From contig BDGG01000002.1 in NCBI GenBank assembly GCA_001949185.1, forward strand, positions 2,353,826 through 2,417,825: DNA of 64,000 bases, given 5' to 3'. Positions within the stretch are counted from its first letter, which is position 1. Each line of letters starts with the position of its first letter. A program made the translations under genes and the position numbers. Source of the stretch: Ramazzottius varieornatus (Eukaryota > Animalia > Tardigrada). The notes beneath the pieces were generated by a model, which saw only the letters and a list, made by a program, of their open reading frames with translations, searched no databases and was not told the origin of the DNA. Positions 12,357 to 24,262 of this stretch are shown here, piece after piece.

Positions 12357-15300
12357 CTAACCAGAAACTTCAAGAACGTCGCGAATGGCCTGATTGTCCA
12401 GCGCGACAATATCCTCTTCTTCATCTTCGAAGCTTTTCTCACTTTCTGCCTTATCGTCATCGTCGCTGTTCTTCTTATCATCGTCATCTTCATCGGGGTT
12501 GTACGTCGGGTCGGGCATGGCAATGGGAAAGAGCTCAGCGTTGGCTGGATGCTCTTCGTCACGCCGCATAGCGTCTTCGGAAGCTTCTTTCCAGATGGAA
12601 TGTGGCACTTTCCTGCAATCAAAAAACGGAGTCACTTTCAACGTTCAGTCACCTGAGCTTTGTTGCCGTAGCACTTACCGTGTTGAGCGTGCTGCATCTT
12701 CCTCGTCGGGAAGTATTTTGACCAGCACCGAGGGATCCGCAGCCTTTCTCGTTGGAGCATTCGGTGATACGGTGATGTTCCGCACAGCCCGGAATTCTCC
12801 ACAGTTATTCAAGTGTTCGTTCTCGAGACGGAAAAAGTTCCATACGAAACGCCTGAGAACAAGAGAATTGACTTGAGTTGGTAGAAAAACAAATCAGTTT
12901 CACTACTGTGCCTTACCGGAAAAGTTCGGCTGTGGCGAGGACGGACAGGAGTATTTCGTGGTGCAGCAGACCCAGTTCGTCGACGGAAATGGACACGGTC
13001 CAGGCGAAACGGAGGACGAGGTCTTGGATGATGGCAAAGTAGTAGTACCACACCGAAGAGTACACCAGGGAGTCTCTTAACAACGGATGATCTTTCGCTC
13101 TTCCGTTAGCGAAGCCCCAATCCATACGGAGGTCCCACCAGAAGGAGAAGCAGGAACTCACAATCGCGCTGACGATCCAAATGTAGAACACCGGTCGTTC
13201 GGCTATCAGATCCTCAGAGTACTTCTCTGCAATACCAAACCATGAAACCCGGCAAAAGGTTCCTAATAGAATCGTACTTCATCGAAAACATTAGCGAAGG
13301 TTTACTAAAGTTTGCACTGAGTACTGTAAAACCAAAACCCGGGTCAAGCGGCGCATATTATCGGTTTTTCAATCGTCTCACTGCGCGACTTGAAACGGAA
13401 TGTTGATCAATGATTATCTGGAATAATCTGGATTATTTTCCGTCGAATTTCATCACTAACCGACATGCATGGAGTTTAGTGCAGAGAACAGAATGACGAA
13501 GAATGTTGTCGAGTACTTGGCCGCGTTGACCAAATGTGGGTAGGCCAGCTTAGAGTCTCGGTAACGTCTCAAGCACTGGGCGAAACGGAACCAGGCCGGA
13601 AGTGCCGCTAGTATCGGACGGATGGCGTTACTGTTGGACATGCACCGGTTGGAGTGGCTGGGGATCCCGCCACTCAACCATGGCACTTCAAATGCGTAGA
13701 AGCAGATGAAGTACTCGATGTCCAGGAAGGCCGGAGACAGACTGGTGAACTGATCTGCCAGCCAAAAGTCGGCGAAACCCACGGCGAACATCGGCGCCGA
13801 AATGATTCGAAACTGAAAAACTTCCGAATTATTACTTCTGTCTTCTATCAACGGAACTAGGTAAAGTTGTAAGTGTAACTTCGTACCACAATTCTGACAA
13901 GCCACTTGCGAGCATCGTAAAACAGGATGTGAAAGGGGTTGAGGAAAAAGACCAGCATCATGCCGGCCAGTATCACCGGAATGGCATAATGAGAAATGCC
14001 CAGGAAGTCGCTGTAGAAGAAGAGCAGAAGGCTGACACACCAGAAGACACCCATACAGGCAGCCAACTGCAAAAAAGCAAATGCGGTATGAACACTTGTG
14101 AACACCGAACAAAATCGCCTGCCTTTCATCCCCCTGCATACCAACATAGCACTGTTTACGCAACGGTCGAGGTATGGAGGTGCCAAACAAACTGGCGCAC
14201 AAACTGGAAACTAAATTGACGTTTTTACCTCCATGATGTGGTGTTGTGAAAGGTGGTTTCTCGGGTCGATCTCGAAGATCAGGACGTGGTTGACGCCTGC
14301 TGAACGCCAACCATGGACGTTAAAGGCCATCAGGAACAATGAAAGGATGATGAGGAACGGACCGCGGTACAGTCGAACTGCGATCCGCCAGTCTGTTCGC
14401 TCGCGCTCGAACGTGACAGTCCGAGTGTCGTTATCTGATGCATTCACCCTAGTGTATTCGTTGTAAGGATATCCGATGAAAACACCTGAGAATTTTCTAA
14501 TTTAAACCCGAATTCAACCTACTTCGAAATGTCTTCGGTGATTCTTGTGTGACGTAGGAAACGAAAGACACGTACCGGTAAGAATGAGGACGACCAGCAG
14601 GACCATAAACATTCCAAGAAACAAGCCCATCAAAAAGAACACCGACGGGGAAGCCTGCAGAGCAATAAAAAGCCAAATTGAATTAACGAGAATTTGATGA
14701 CGGAAGTTAATTAACAAACCGGTTCGTTCAACGGAGGAACTCGTAAACGGCGCATAGCTTTTCCTCGATCGCCTCCCTCCAGCTCTGCAGTCACCAAGTT
14801 CTGCAACACACCAAGAGCAGTTTCCACATCGTTTCCGATCGGACAGGATCAGTAACAGTGCAACACCAAAAACAACAGATCGTAAAATACGCCGAATGGA
14901 ATTTAGCCTCCTTACTTCGGTTTCGAGGATGATATTATCGATGTCTTTATTGACGTAGAACGGGGCCTTGTCCACATTTTCCTGACGCCATATCTTGCCT
15001 CTATCCGTGTTTAGCAGCTGGAAAAAAAACAAGAATGAAAGCTCCGACATGAAAATAAGGAAAAGTGGAATGGTAGCAAATATTTACCTTGTCGTGTTTC
15101 TTGAGGATCTTCCGGAAACCCGTAAAATTCAGGTTCTGAAAATTCTGCAGCAGGATCACGCTGAGGTAGAATTCCGAGAAGGCTAGCTTGAGATCATGCA
15201 TCTTGCGAAAGCCTCGCTTCTGCTTGCGAGCGTTCTTGTCGACCAGATCAGCAAACCAGGGAATCTTGCTGTACTTCTTGTTACCGGGATCAAACTGGTC

Positions 15301-15944
15301 TTTGTGGGCAATGTAGGCTTTTAGCTCCGCTTTCAAGGCTATAAACTTCCTCTGCGCTTCAGCCAACTTCTCTGCAAATAAAACACACACACAATGAGAA
15401 GAAGTTCTATCAGACAGTACGCTACGCTGCGTACTCGCACATAACACTAAATATGAGGCCACGTGTATGCAGGATCATGAAGGCGACTTACCAGCGAAAA
15501 AGGTGTTGACACGGACGAGTTCCGTGTTACAGTACTGAAAGAATTCCTCCTCGAAAGCTGCCTGGTATTGTTCCGTAGGATCCACTCCATCTTCTAAGTG
15601 ATGCACTTCTGGCAGAAGATTTCCTGAAAAGGAGCGGATCAGTCATTATGTAACATCTGGAAACATGATCTGCGCGAGCTCATACGGGCAAACGGCCTTA
15701 ACTCGATCGAAAAGCGCATTACAGCGGGCATTACAGTATGAAGTGCGCTGCTGAGCCCACTCACCTTCTTTCGGAGTGTGCGAAAGGAAACTGCGTAACT
15801 GTTCCTTCATTTCCTACAAGCAGAAAGAACTCATTAGGGATACTCAAGGACACAGAACGTAGTTGTATTTCTTACGTCGTAGTGGATATACTGCGTACGC
15901 CATTCTGGAGTAACGTGTGTAGTCAGATGTTCGCCGAACTTCAT
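12357..15944 (-). CDS. XPR1: SPX-EXS phosphate exporter XPR1 (multi-exon)
   Basis: Starts [26 protein letters not shown] motif [25 protein letters not shown] motifs [32 protein letters not shown] and [22 protein letters not shown]. Phase-consistent last exon runs to the stop at 12357. Confidence 0.96.
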
Positions 15945-16177
15945 GGCTGTACTGTTGGGGGATCGTCATGCAACAAGGACTATCGCTCTGCCTTGGATCA
16001 CCTTCCTAAAGCTCGATGGACGGGGAATACTTCAGGAGCCTAGACAGTACAGGAGGTAGGTGAGGAACAACAAGTCACAAGATGCAAATTGCAAAATGAA
16101 CAACTTCTTTCATTGATCGCGCACAACAAAGACGAGGAAGACTCACCATCTCATGACAAACGTGGGCTAATGCCTAA

Positions 16178-16269
16178 TGACGTCTTCCTGAAAGACCTTT
16201 TGACGTCACTAGTGGAATCCGCGGTTTCGCTGCAGGACAAGGTATCACCATGAGGTAATCATGACGTCA
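16178..16269. promoter_or_regulatory. Putative bidirectional XPR1/COX6C promoter with clustered CRE/ATF sites
   Basis: TGACGTCA at 16201-16208 and 16262-16269 plus TGACGTC at 16178, between divergent ATGs at 15944 and 16650. Confidence 0.5.
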
Positions 16270-16649
16270 ACCATAGATTGTACAGTCCGCTACCTGTCAT
16301 TCACCGTTTGACCCTGGGTGTAACGTACGATGTTTCGCGCAACCATGCCTACGGACCGGACAGTTTGCCCCTTCCCATAATCGGCAGCTCAGAAGGCTAC
16401 AGCTGTACAAGCACAGGCGTATGCTCACTTTGATTTGCAGTGGCACGCGAAGCTACACTTCTGCAAATCCTCTGCGGATAATGCATACCGTTACACCAAT
16501 CAAGGGCCAGTGCGCATCAACAATCTTGACGAAGACGGCAAGATCAGGGAAACGGGCTCAAATTCTGATTCGGGTGATTTCTTCATAAAAGAAGAAACTT
16601 TCTTTCGTTCTACAATAGTTTGTGGAACTACATCCCTTGGGGTGCAACG

Positions 16650-17307
16650 ATGAGGGTCACACCGCTGCGATGGATGGCGTCGGAGGCTGTGGCCATGTCG
16701 AAGGGATCGAAAGGAGGAGCAGTCTCTCCCCGCGCCAAGCCCGTACTTCGAGGATGGCTAGCAGCTGATACCCGTATCCATGCAATCTACGGCTTCGCCC
16801 TCGCCATCGGTGGTTGTTTGTGGTATCGAGTGTATGTCTGTGATGCGAGGAAGGCGAAATATGCCGAGTTCTGGAGGTGAGTGACGAACTGTGTACTGGG
16901 AATATCCCAGGTCGTGTTCATTGGTCTGCTCTTTGAATAGAACCTACGATGCCCATGCTGACTTCAAGAGGATGGTGAAAGCTGGAGATATCTACCCCGA
17001 TATCAGTATCGAAGATGTGGAAGCTTATGAAAGAGATATCCTGTAAGTGGGAACACGTTCGGAAACAGCTTCGTTCAGTGGGTTGTTCGTTGTCGATTGA
17101 TTTGGGGATTTGATTGGCACTTTACAGTTTCTTCCATCGTAACTTCGCGCAGTCACGGGGTCCTGGTGTATATTAGGGTATTGAGAAATCACGTGGCTGC
17201 GCGAGGTTCGTAGTGCGTTGGTTCGTAGTGCGCGGTGACAGATTCAGCTGCGCATTTATCTTACTTTCGTTTTCAGAGCGAAGCGCGCTGCTGCCCAGAA
17301 GAAGTAG
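16650..17307 (+). CDS. COX6C: Cytochrome c oxidase subunit 6C
   Basis: Exons 16650-16876, 16941-17042, 17277-17307. Core reads KPVLRGWLA...TM...ARKAKYAEFWRTYDAHADFKRMVKAG. Confidence 0.88.
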
Positions 17308-18347
17308 AAAGCTTCTTACCGCGAAGTTTTAGGGTGTAAAGTGAAGCAACTTACGAAAGGAAAGTTCGCGTGAAGCTGTGAGTGTTGTAAACTGGGCTTC
17401 TGCTATTTCGTGTGTGGTGAGTTTTTGACTTATCCCAGATTTTACCTTACTGAATCTACCTACGTTTCTTGTCCGGAAGCTCCCTAGATCACGCATTCAC
17501 AAGTTGGAACTTTGATATTTGCAATGATGTAGAGTTTTGAGCGAGAGCGATCTGGAGTACTGAACGAAGTAAAGCGAGCAACACCTTTTTCATATGTTCG
17601 AGTGAGGCGCGGTAAGCGGTACTTTCGTGCGGCGACAAGCCCGCAGTAGACTTCTTCACCCGTATCGCAGCTCACAAAGTCAGGAGATGATAGCCCGTTC
17701 ACTATTTGAATAATAGTTTCGAAAAGATACGGGCCTACTTCTCTGATTTGGGTAATAACTCTGCGTTGGGTATTCGAGCTCCCAGCGAACGACTAATACA
17801 GGTGGGATACTCTTCGTCACTGTTTGTATCGGTCAAAGGTTCGTTTGATATTTCGTAAGCCGGTCAATATTGAAACTGTACCGATCCTCATGGATCAAGC
17901 CAGCTCTTTTTCTTCTTCGGACTTTGAATTCATACTCAAATTTGCGACCTCTTGAGACATTTTTTACACCGTTCACTTATTCTGAAATTCTCCATATGGT
18001 ATCAGACGTTTTCTGAGGTTGCTTGACGGGATCGTACTCTAGCGTGAAGGCGACGGATCTTTTACTAATCAAAGGTAAACAGTGCGTATATCACTCTTAT
18101 CATGGAAATTCCGTGGAAGGCGATAAAAGTTTGTATGAGTAAACCGTAAAAGTTAGTGGGCAACTACGAAGCTAAACTTCGTTGCGCTACATTCACAGAC
18201 TTTCCTTCGACGATCCTTTGCACCTGTTTCGGTATCACACAACTCTCCATCACTACCATCGTTTTTGCTCTTTTGTGTGGCTTTACAACTAGATTTCATC
18301 TCTCATGCCTTGATTTACTGGACTGGAATACTGAGGAGGTGAAAAAA

Positions 18348-21300
18348 ATGTCGTATATAAATTTACGGATAATTTTCATCGCGATTCTTGGACTCATTTC
18401 GGACATCTCTATAACTTCCGGTCAGAACAATCCCTGGCAGAGTAATAATCCCAACGCCAACGGCGCGAATAACCCAGCGCCGTACATCGCACCGGGTTCT
18501 CAGCCCAACATGAACCCCGCTTCTTCGCTCGGATATCCTCAGGGATTGAACTATCCAGCTGGGACAAGTAGCCAACAGGGAACTTACGGATGGAACGCCG
18601 CACAACAACAAGAAGCTAGTCTATACAACAACCAACCGCGGTTGGTGGCTGGACAGGGGAACAACCAGCTAAACGGTGGCAGTACCTACCAAGGGAACAA
18701 TCCACTGAGTCAGGGTACCAACAACGTCAACGCATTTCCGCTCACTCAGGGGACGAACAATGTTAACATGTTACAAGGGAACCAGCCGTACCAGACGAGT
18801 ATGCCGATGGCAGGAGGATATCAGCAGGAGCCTGTGCCGCCAGGTTACACGCCGTTTCGGTTCTGTGCGGTAACGGATTCGGAGGAGCAACACTGCCGAA
18901 CGATGTGCTGGACGTTGAACAAGGAAAAGACGTTCCGGTCAGGGGTCCCGGAGCCTTTTAGAGGGAAAAGGCAGGCTGGGACCAAGCCGGTCAAGTTCCA
19001 CTATCAATGTGTTCGCGCCATTGACAAGTGAGTAAAACATTACTGTTCAACCGGTTGATCGGGTTTGCTGTCGTTGAAAGAAATGTCGTTGGAAACTTGA
19101 AATTTAAAATCGTGGTGATTAGTTCCACCAAAACGGGTCTGAACGATTAAATTACTAAACAGTAACCTGTGATCTGTTGGGACTAAATTGAACGCAGGAG
19201 ACGAGACTGTGTTTTTCAGAACGATAATCAAGCTTCGCATATTTGTAGACTGGAGTGTATGAAATGGACATCTGGAGACCGAAACATGGCCCGAGTGGAC
19301 GTGGTGTTGGCCACTCCGGGAGAGGCTTACGTCGGCATGGAATACAACTTGGTGCCTTTATCTCAAGAAGTCTTTCTTGTACCCGGAAGTGGGCGAGGTG
19401 GGTCGTCGTAGCTTTGAACTGAAATAGTTGTTGAGTCTTTTGTTCTTTATTCAAATCAGCAAACTTGTTAGACGATTTTTCACACAGAATGACAAGCTCA
19501 AAGTTGATGGATGTTTTGCAGTGGATTTTGTGGATTCGATCGTGGCTGTAGTTCGAGCCGAGGCCGGGATCGATCGCGTGGAGCAACTGCAAGGAAAAAC
19601 TGCTTGTTTTGGACCTGTGGGAGACACGACTTGGGACTTTGTCGTCGCTCACCTTCGCGGCACTGCTCGTCAGATATCTCGGCCAAACTGCCAAGAGAAT
19701 GACATGGACGTCATCATGCGCTACTTTGGCGACATGTGCGCACCTTATGATCAACGTAATTTCACCCAGGCGGAAAGTACGTTCTCTTACAGTATATTAT
19801 TGATTATTAAAGACCATCAATCGTCAATCTTGTGTAACCATCATCTACGGTATTTTTTCCAGATGCGCGATATCAAAAGTTGTGTCGATTCTGTATGGCG
19901 CAGTGTCCGAACCCACAAAGTGTTGCGCGCGACCACGCCCTTAACTGCCTGACCCAAAACCCACAAGCTAACGTGGCTTTCATGCCTTCCTCCGTTTTAC
20001 AAGAAGCGCTACGAATCGGAACTCTGCCCAACCCAGCTGGGTAAGTACCCTTCCCATGGATAAATCAGTCGGGAATCTCAGTGGTGTGAAAACAGAACTT
20101 TCTGGATTTGGGCAGTTATCACGTGCTCTGTCCGCAAGCGCAAGAAGGTAAAGTCCCACTCGGTCCCCAACAAGGCGGCAGTCCGTGGAACAGCAACACA
20201 CGTAGTGTCCAAGAATGGTCAGAATGCTACCTGGGTCGCACGCCCACTAATGTGTACCTGACTCGCGCCAATGATCCTTTCTACGAGCCGATGTCCGACC
20301 GGCTGTTTGAGATCTCATTCGGTGGAGGCTCGCAAGATCCCCTGACTGGTGGTCCACCACAGCGTCATCAGTGGCTGGAGAACTTTGTTCTCAGTCGGTA
20401 CGAGGGACAGCAAAGAGTGTACTCCCTCAAGCCGCTGAAATCACCCGATATGAGAGGCGCCAATGTTTACTTAGGTACGAAACCTCTCAAAAGTCCCACC
20501 CCCAATGATAACATTCAGATTGGGCCTTCTGTATTACAGATGGTTATATTGCATACATGCAAGACGAAAATACTTGTTCAAATCAAGCCAAAGCCAAATG
20601 GTGTACGATCACTGCGCAAGACCAGGAGAAATGCCAGATGATGCAGCAAGCTTTCAAGGTACCCAGACGGAGAATTTTGGGTCGTCAGATGCATTATCAC
20701 TGAGTGCATTATTTTTGGCATGCAGGCCCATCGGATCCGTCCAGAACTACAGTGCGACGTACCGGTGAAGAATACTTTCCAGTGTATTGACAAAATCTAC
20801 AGGAACCAGTCGGATATCGCGCTGATCGATATTGGTGATCTAGCTACAGCGTCAAGGTACTATAGAAAACCGATGAATTCCTTAGCGGTATATACAAAAT
20901 CAGACTCGCGGTAGACGGAAAGTTTTCTTACAAAAACTGAGAAGGATTTTTCTGATGTTTGATACTTTTTTTCTCAGGCACCACGATGCGATACAGCTCG
21001 CGCAAGAACGCTACATGACTTCCAGTCAAAATCAGTACAGTCAATGGGGCAACCAAAACAGTCAGTTCGGTCCGCCCAACAACATGGCTGGAATGGGAAT
21101 GAGTGACAACAGCATGGACGAACTCCACTCCGTGGCGGTCGTCAGAGGCATCGACATGTCCAGTCTATCCTCCCTCCGTGGAAAACGCGCTTGCTTCAGC
21201 GGCCTACACGAAGCTCACGGCTTCGTTCTCCCCATGACAGCCCTCAAAGACAACGGTTTGATCGACCGACGAGCTGACTGTCGTTACATCGAACAAGCCG

Positions 21301-22440
21301 AAGCCTTCTTTGGTGACTCGTGTCTTCCCGGTCTGGGTGATGGCGAACTGAACCCGCGAGGACAATACAGGGACAAGCTGTGCAAACAGTGTACGGGCGG
21401 ATGTTCGAGGAACCCCGGTAGTGTGGCGAATCTGAATAGCGGGAATAGGTATGCAGGTCCGTTGGGCGCCATATCTGGGCTGAGAGAAGGGAAGTGCGAT
21501 GTGGCGTTTGTGCCGCATACCGTGCTGGCGGAGATCCATAGCAGTGAACGAGCACAGTATATGCTGGTGTGCGTCAACGGAAGACAGGGATTGGATGCGT
21601 ACACGAGCTGTAATTTGGGACGCGCACCGGGAAGCGTCTTGATCACCAGCAAGTAAGTTTTGAGTTTCATCTTTTCAGCTACCGTAACACACGAAACAGA
21701 GTAACAAGAGACAGGAGCGAAAGAACATAGAAAATTATTAGAAAAAGTAAGTAAGATAGAAAACTGCCGACAAGTTCGTTTATTATGTATCCTGAATTCC
21801 TGGCGAGATGTTACGGATAAGTGGAACAAGCACCGTACACGTGTACTGTATACGAGGGGTTCTTTTTGTCGTCAGGTACAAAGGTTTCCAAGAGAAGCGC
21901 CGTCTGGCCGAAATGATCCTGTCTGCCAGTCGCCTTTTCGCCGCTGACACTTCGTCTTCATCTTCCGGCATGAATCCGTACCAACGCATCCACGGTTCGC
22001 TGACCCCTTTGAGTCTCGAACGAAGTCGCAAGACCTTCAATATGTTCGGTAAGCGCAACCTGACGACCAATGGCGCGTCCATGTATCCCCAAGCCGGAGG
22101 ACAGCCTGGTGGCTACGGACCCTACGCTCCCACCAACCCGAACCAAGGCTATCAAAGCGGCCAAGGTGGCATGACGCTGGCTCCAGGTGGCGTGGACTAC
22201 AACCTAATGAACACTGGACACCACACACTGTTTGGCATTGGAGCCTATGACCTACGAGGGTTCCCGGATATCAACAATACGCACCCGAGGGAAGCTCTGG
22301 GTCAAAGTTACGTGTACGTGGCGGAAAGGACCGAATGGAAAGGCTGTAATGAGAATAGTGGGGCCAGCTGGGGTATTAGTGTGTCGTCGTTTTCTGTTTT
22401 GTGTCTTACGGTAGTACTTTCGGTGCAGTGGCTATCGTAA
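18348..22440 (+). CDS. Bilobal transferrin-family protein (melanotransferrin-like), signal peptide and probable GPI anchor
   Basis: Signal peptide MSYINLRIIFIAILGLIS. Lobe motifs FRFCAVTDSEEQHC, VAVVR..LQGKTAC, CIDKIYRNQSDIALID, LRGKRAC, FFGDSCLPG, KLCKQC, GKCDVAFV and CNLGRAP. Hydrophobic C-terminus with no cytoplasmic tail. Confidence 0.9.
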
Positions 22441-24262
22441 ACTGACCGGGGATGGTCTGGCGTTTTGTTTCACCTCTTGTTGTTTATGCTATGGTCCCAT
22501 ATTCGATATCTTAACGGTATGCAGAAGTAAACTGCTCAGCTTAGTTTACTGATTTTCTTTCGAGTTCCGCGTCGGGCTGCAGTAGTTTGTTACGATTGCC
22601 TGGAAAACTGAGTATCCTCTCAAACTAGAAAGGCTGACCTGATCTTTCTTCCGTCGCTCAATCCTGATCTCCAGACATCATGCAAAGAGCTTGACAGTCG
22701 ACATCCGGATTGCTGCACTAGCTCTGAGTGTCCACTCTCATTCGGCCTCATGTCGAATCTTAAAATTATAACGCCGAGCCGATTCGCCGTCCGGTGATTT
22801 CGTGTCGACGGCATGGCACTGACACCGAGCTATGGGGGAATCCTTCACCTGGCCAAAACAATCACACAGGATAACCGGAAGGCGCCACGCCAGTTTGCGT
22901 CAGTCTGTTCGGTCGTTGAAAATACAGCAACTAGCGGAAGCAGCCCACCGGGCTTTGCGAGGCTTGCTGGATCAGTACTGTTCGTTCCAGGGAAAATAGC
23001 TAAAATGATATCTTGCCTGCGTTTTGATTTGTTGGCTGGAAACTCATATCGGCCAGATCTATTCTGGTAGTTTCAGCCTTTCGTATCGCCATCATACAAC
23101 TCTCGGGTAGAAGTTGTTAACTGCATTGCCGCATTGGAAGGATGCGGAGAAAATCAGCATGGACAATGCATCAGCAGATAGTAACCTGTCGAGCCACATG
23201 ACAGCAGGCAATATTTCGTCGAGCGGGAACCACGAAGACCTCTTCCAATCCACTGCTGATGTACACTGGCTCGCCCTTACCTTATAAATTTGCTGTGCGG
23301 GTGTCATCACCAATATTCTGTTGCTCGCTTCTAGCGGTAGTGGACGATCGCTCAACCAGTCCCGGAACTTGCCTTATGGTCCGCGCCTGTTTTCCGCCGA
23401 GATACTTATATCCACGATAGTTTATCCGGGGTTGGCACAATACCGGGAGCGCGGCGCTTTCTCGTAGATACTCGTAGTACTCTTTCGGTACTGTATGTGA
23501 AAAGTTTTACTTCGTACTTTCCGTACAGGGAGGATGGTTTGTGGCCTGATCTGGCGCCAACCAATCAAAACAACTATTCGAAATTCGAAGATTGATTTCT
23601 GGACTCTGGATTGCTCTTCCGGTAGTTCTCATCTTCCATCAGCTCTTTTCGCGATTCGAACAATTTTCTCCCGGTTCCAGGTCATTTTCAAGATGCCGAA
23701 CTTGAAGCAGGTCGTCCTTTGGTCATCGCTGTGCCTCTCGTCGGCGCTGGTCCAGAAGTTCTCGCTGGATAACGGTCGCGTTCCCATGCGAATGGCTTGT
23801 TTCGTCGTCTTCCTCATAGCCTTTCGCTTCTGCTAATCCGCAGCGCGCCGTCTTTATTCCATCTACGACTCGTGATGTGGCCCACAGATGCACGGGTTTT
23901 CACTACCAAACTACCGCTGATAAGACCCAGTAAGTCAAGCTCACGTCATAACATGCGCTGATAAGAACGCCGTATCGTTCCTCGAACTGTCTCTGAACCT
24001 TTCCACCGCGATGTTCACACATCATGCATTCCTCAGGTTTCTTCCGTTTATTATAGTCTGAGAGCATGTCCCTATAGTTCAACCTAGCACTGAGCAGTTC
24101 TGTTGGGAGATAGGCTCGCGAAGCCTTTGGACGATTCGAACTCCGTTGACTGTATGGATTACTTTTAGATGTAGAAACTGCAGCCATCCAACAAGCTTTG
24201 CTGTCGACAGCGTCCTTCCTGTTTCTCCGTCACACCATCCAGGCGCATCCATCGACGGGAAA

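Noticed and set aside
23629-24187. Minus-strand exon-like ORFs (CMMC motif)
   Set aside because: No phase-consistent model or recognisable domain could be built.
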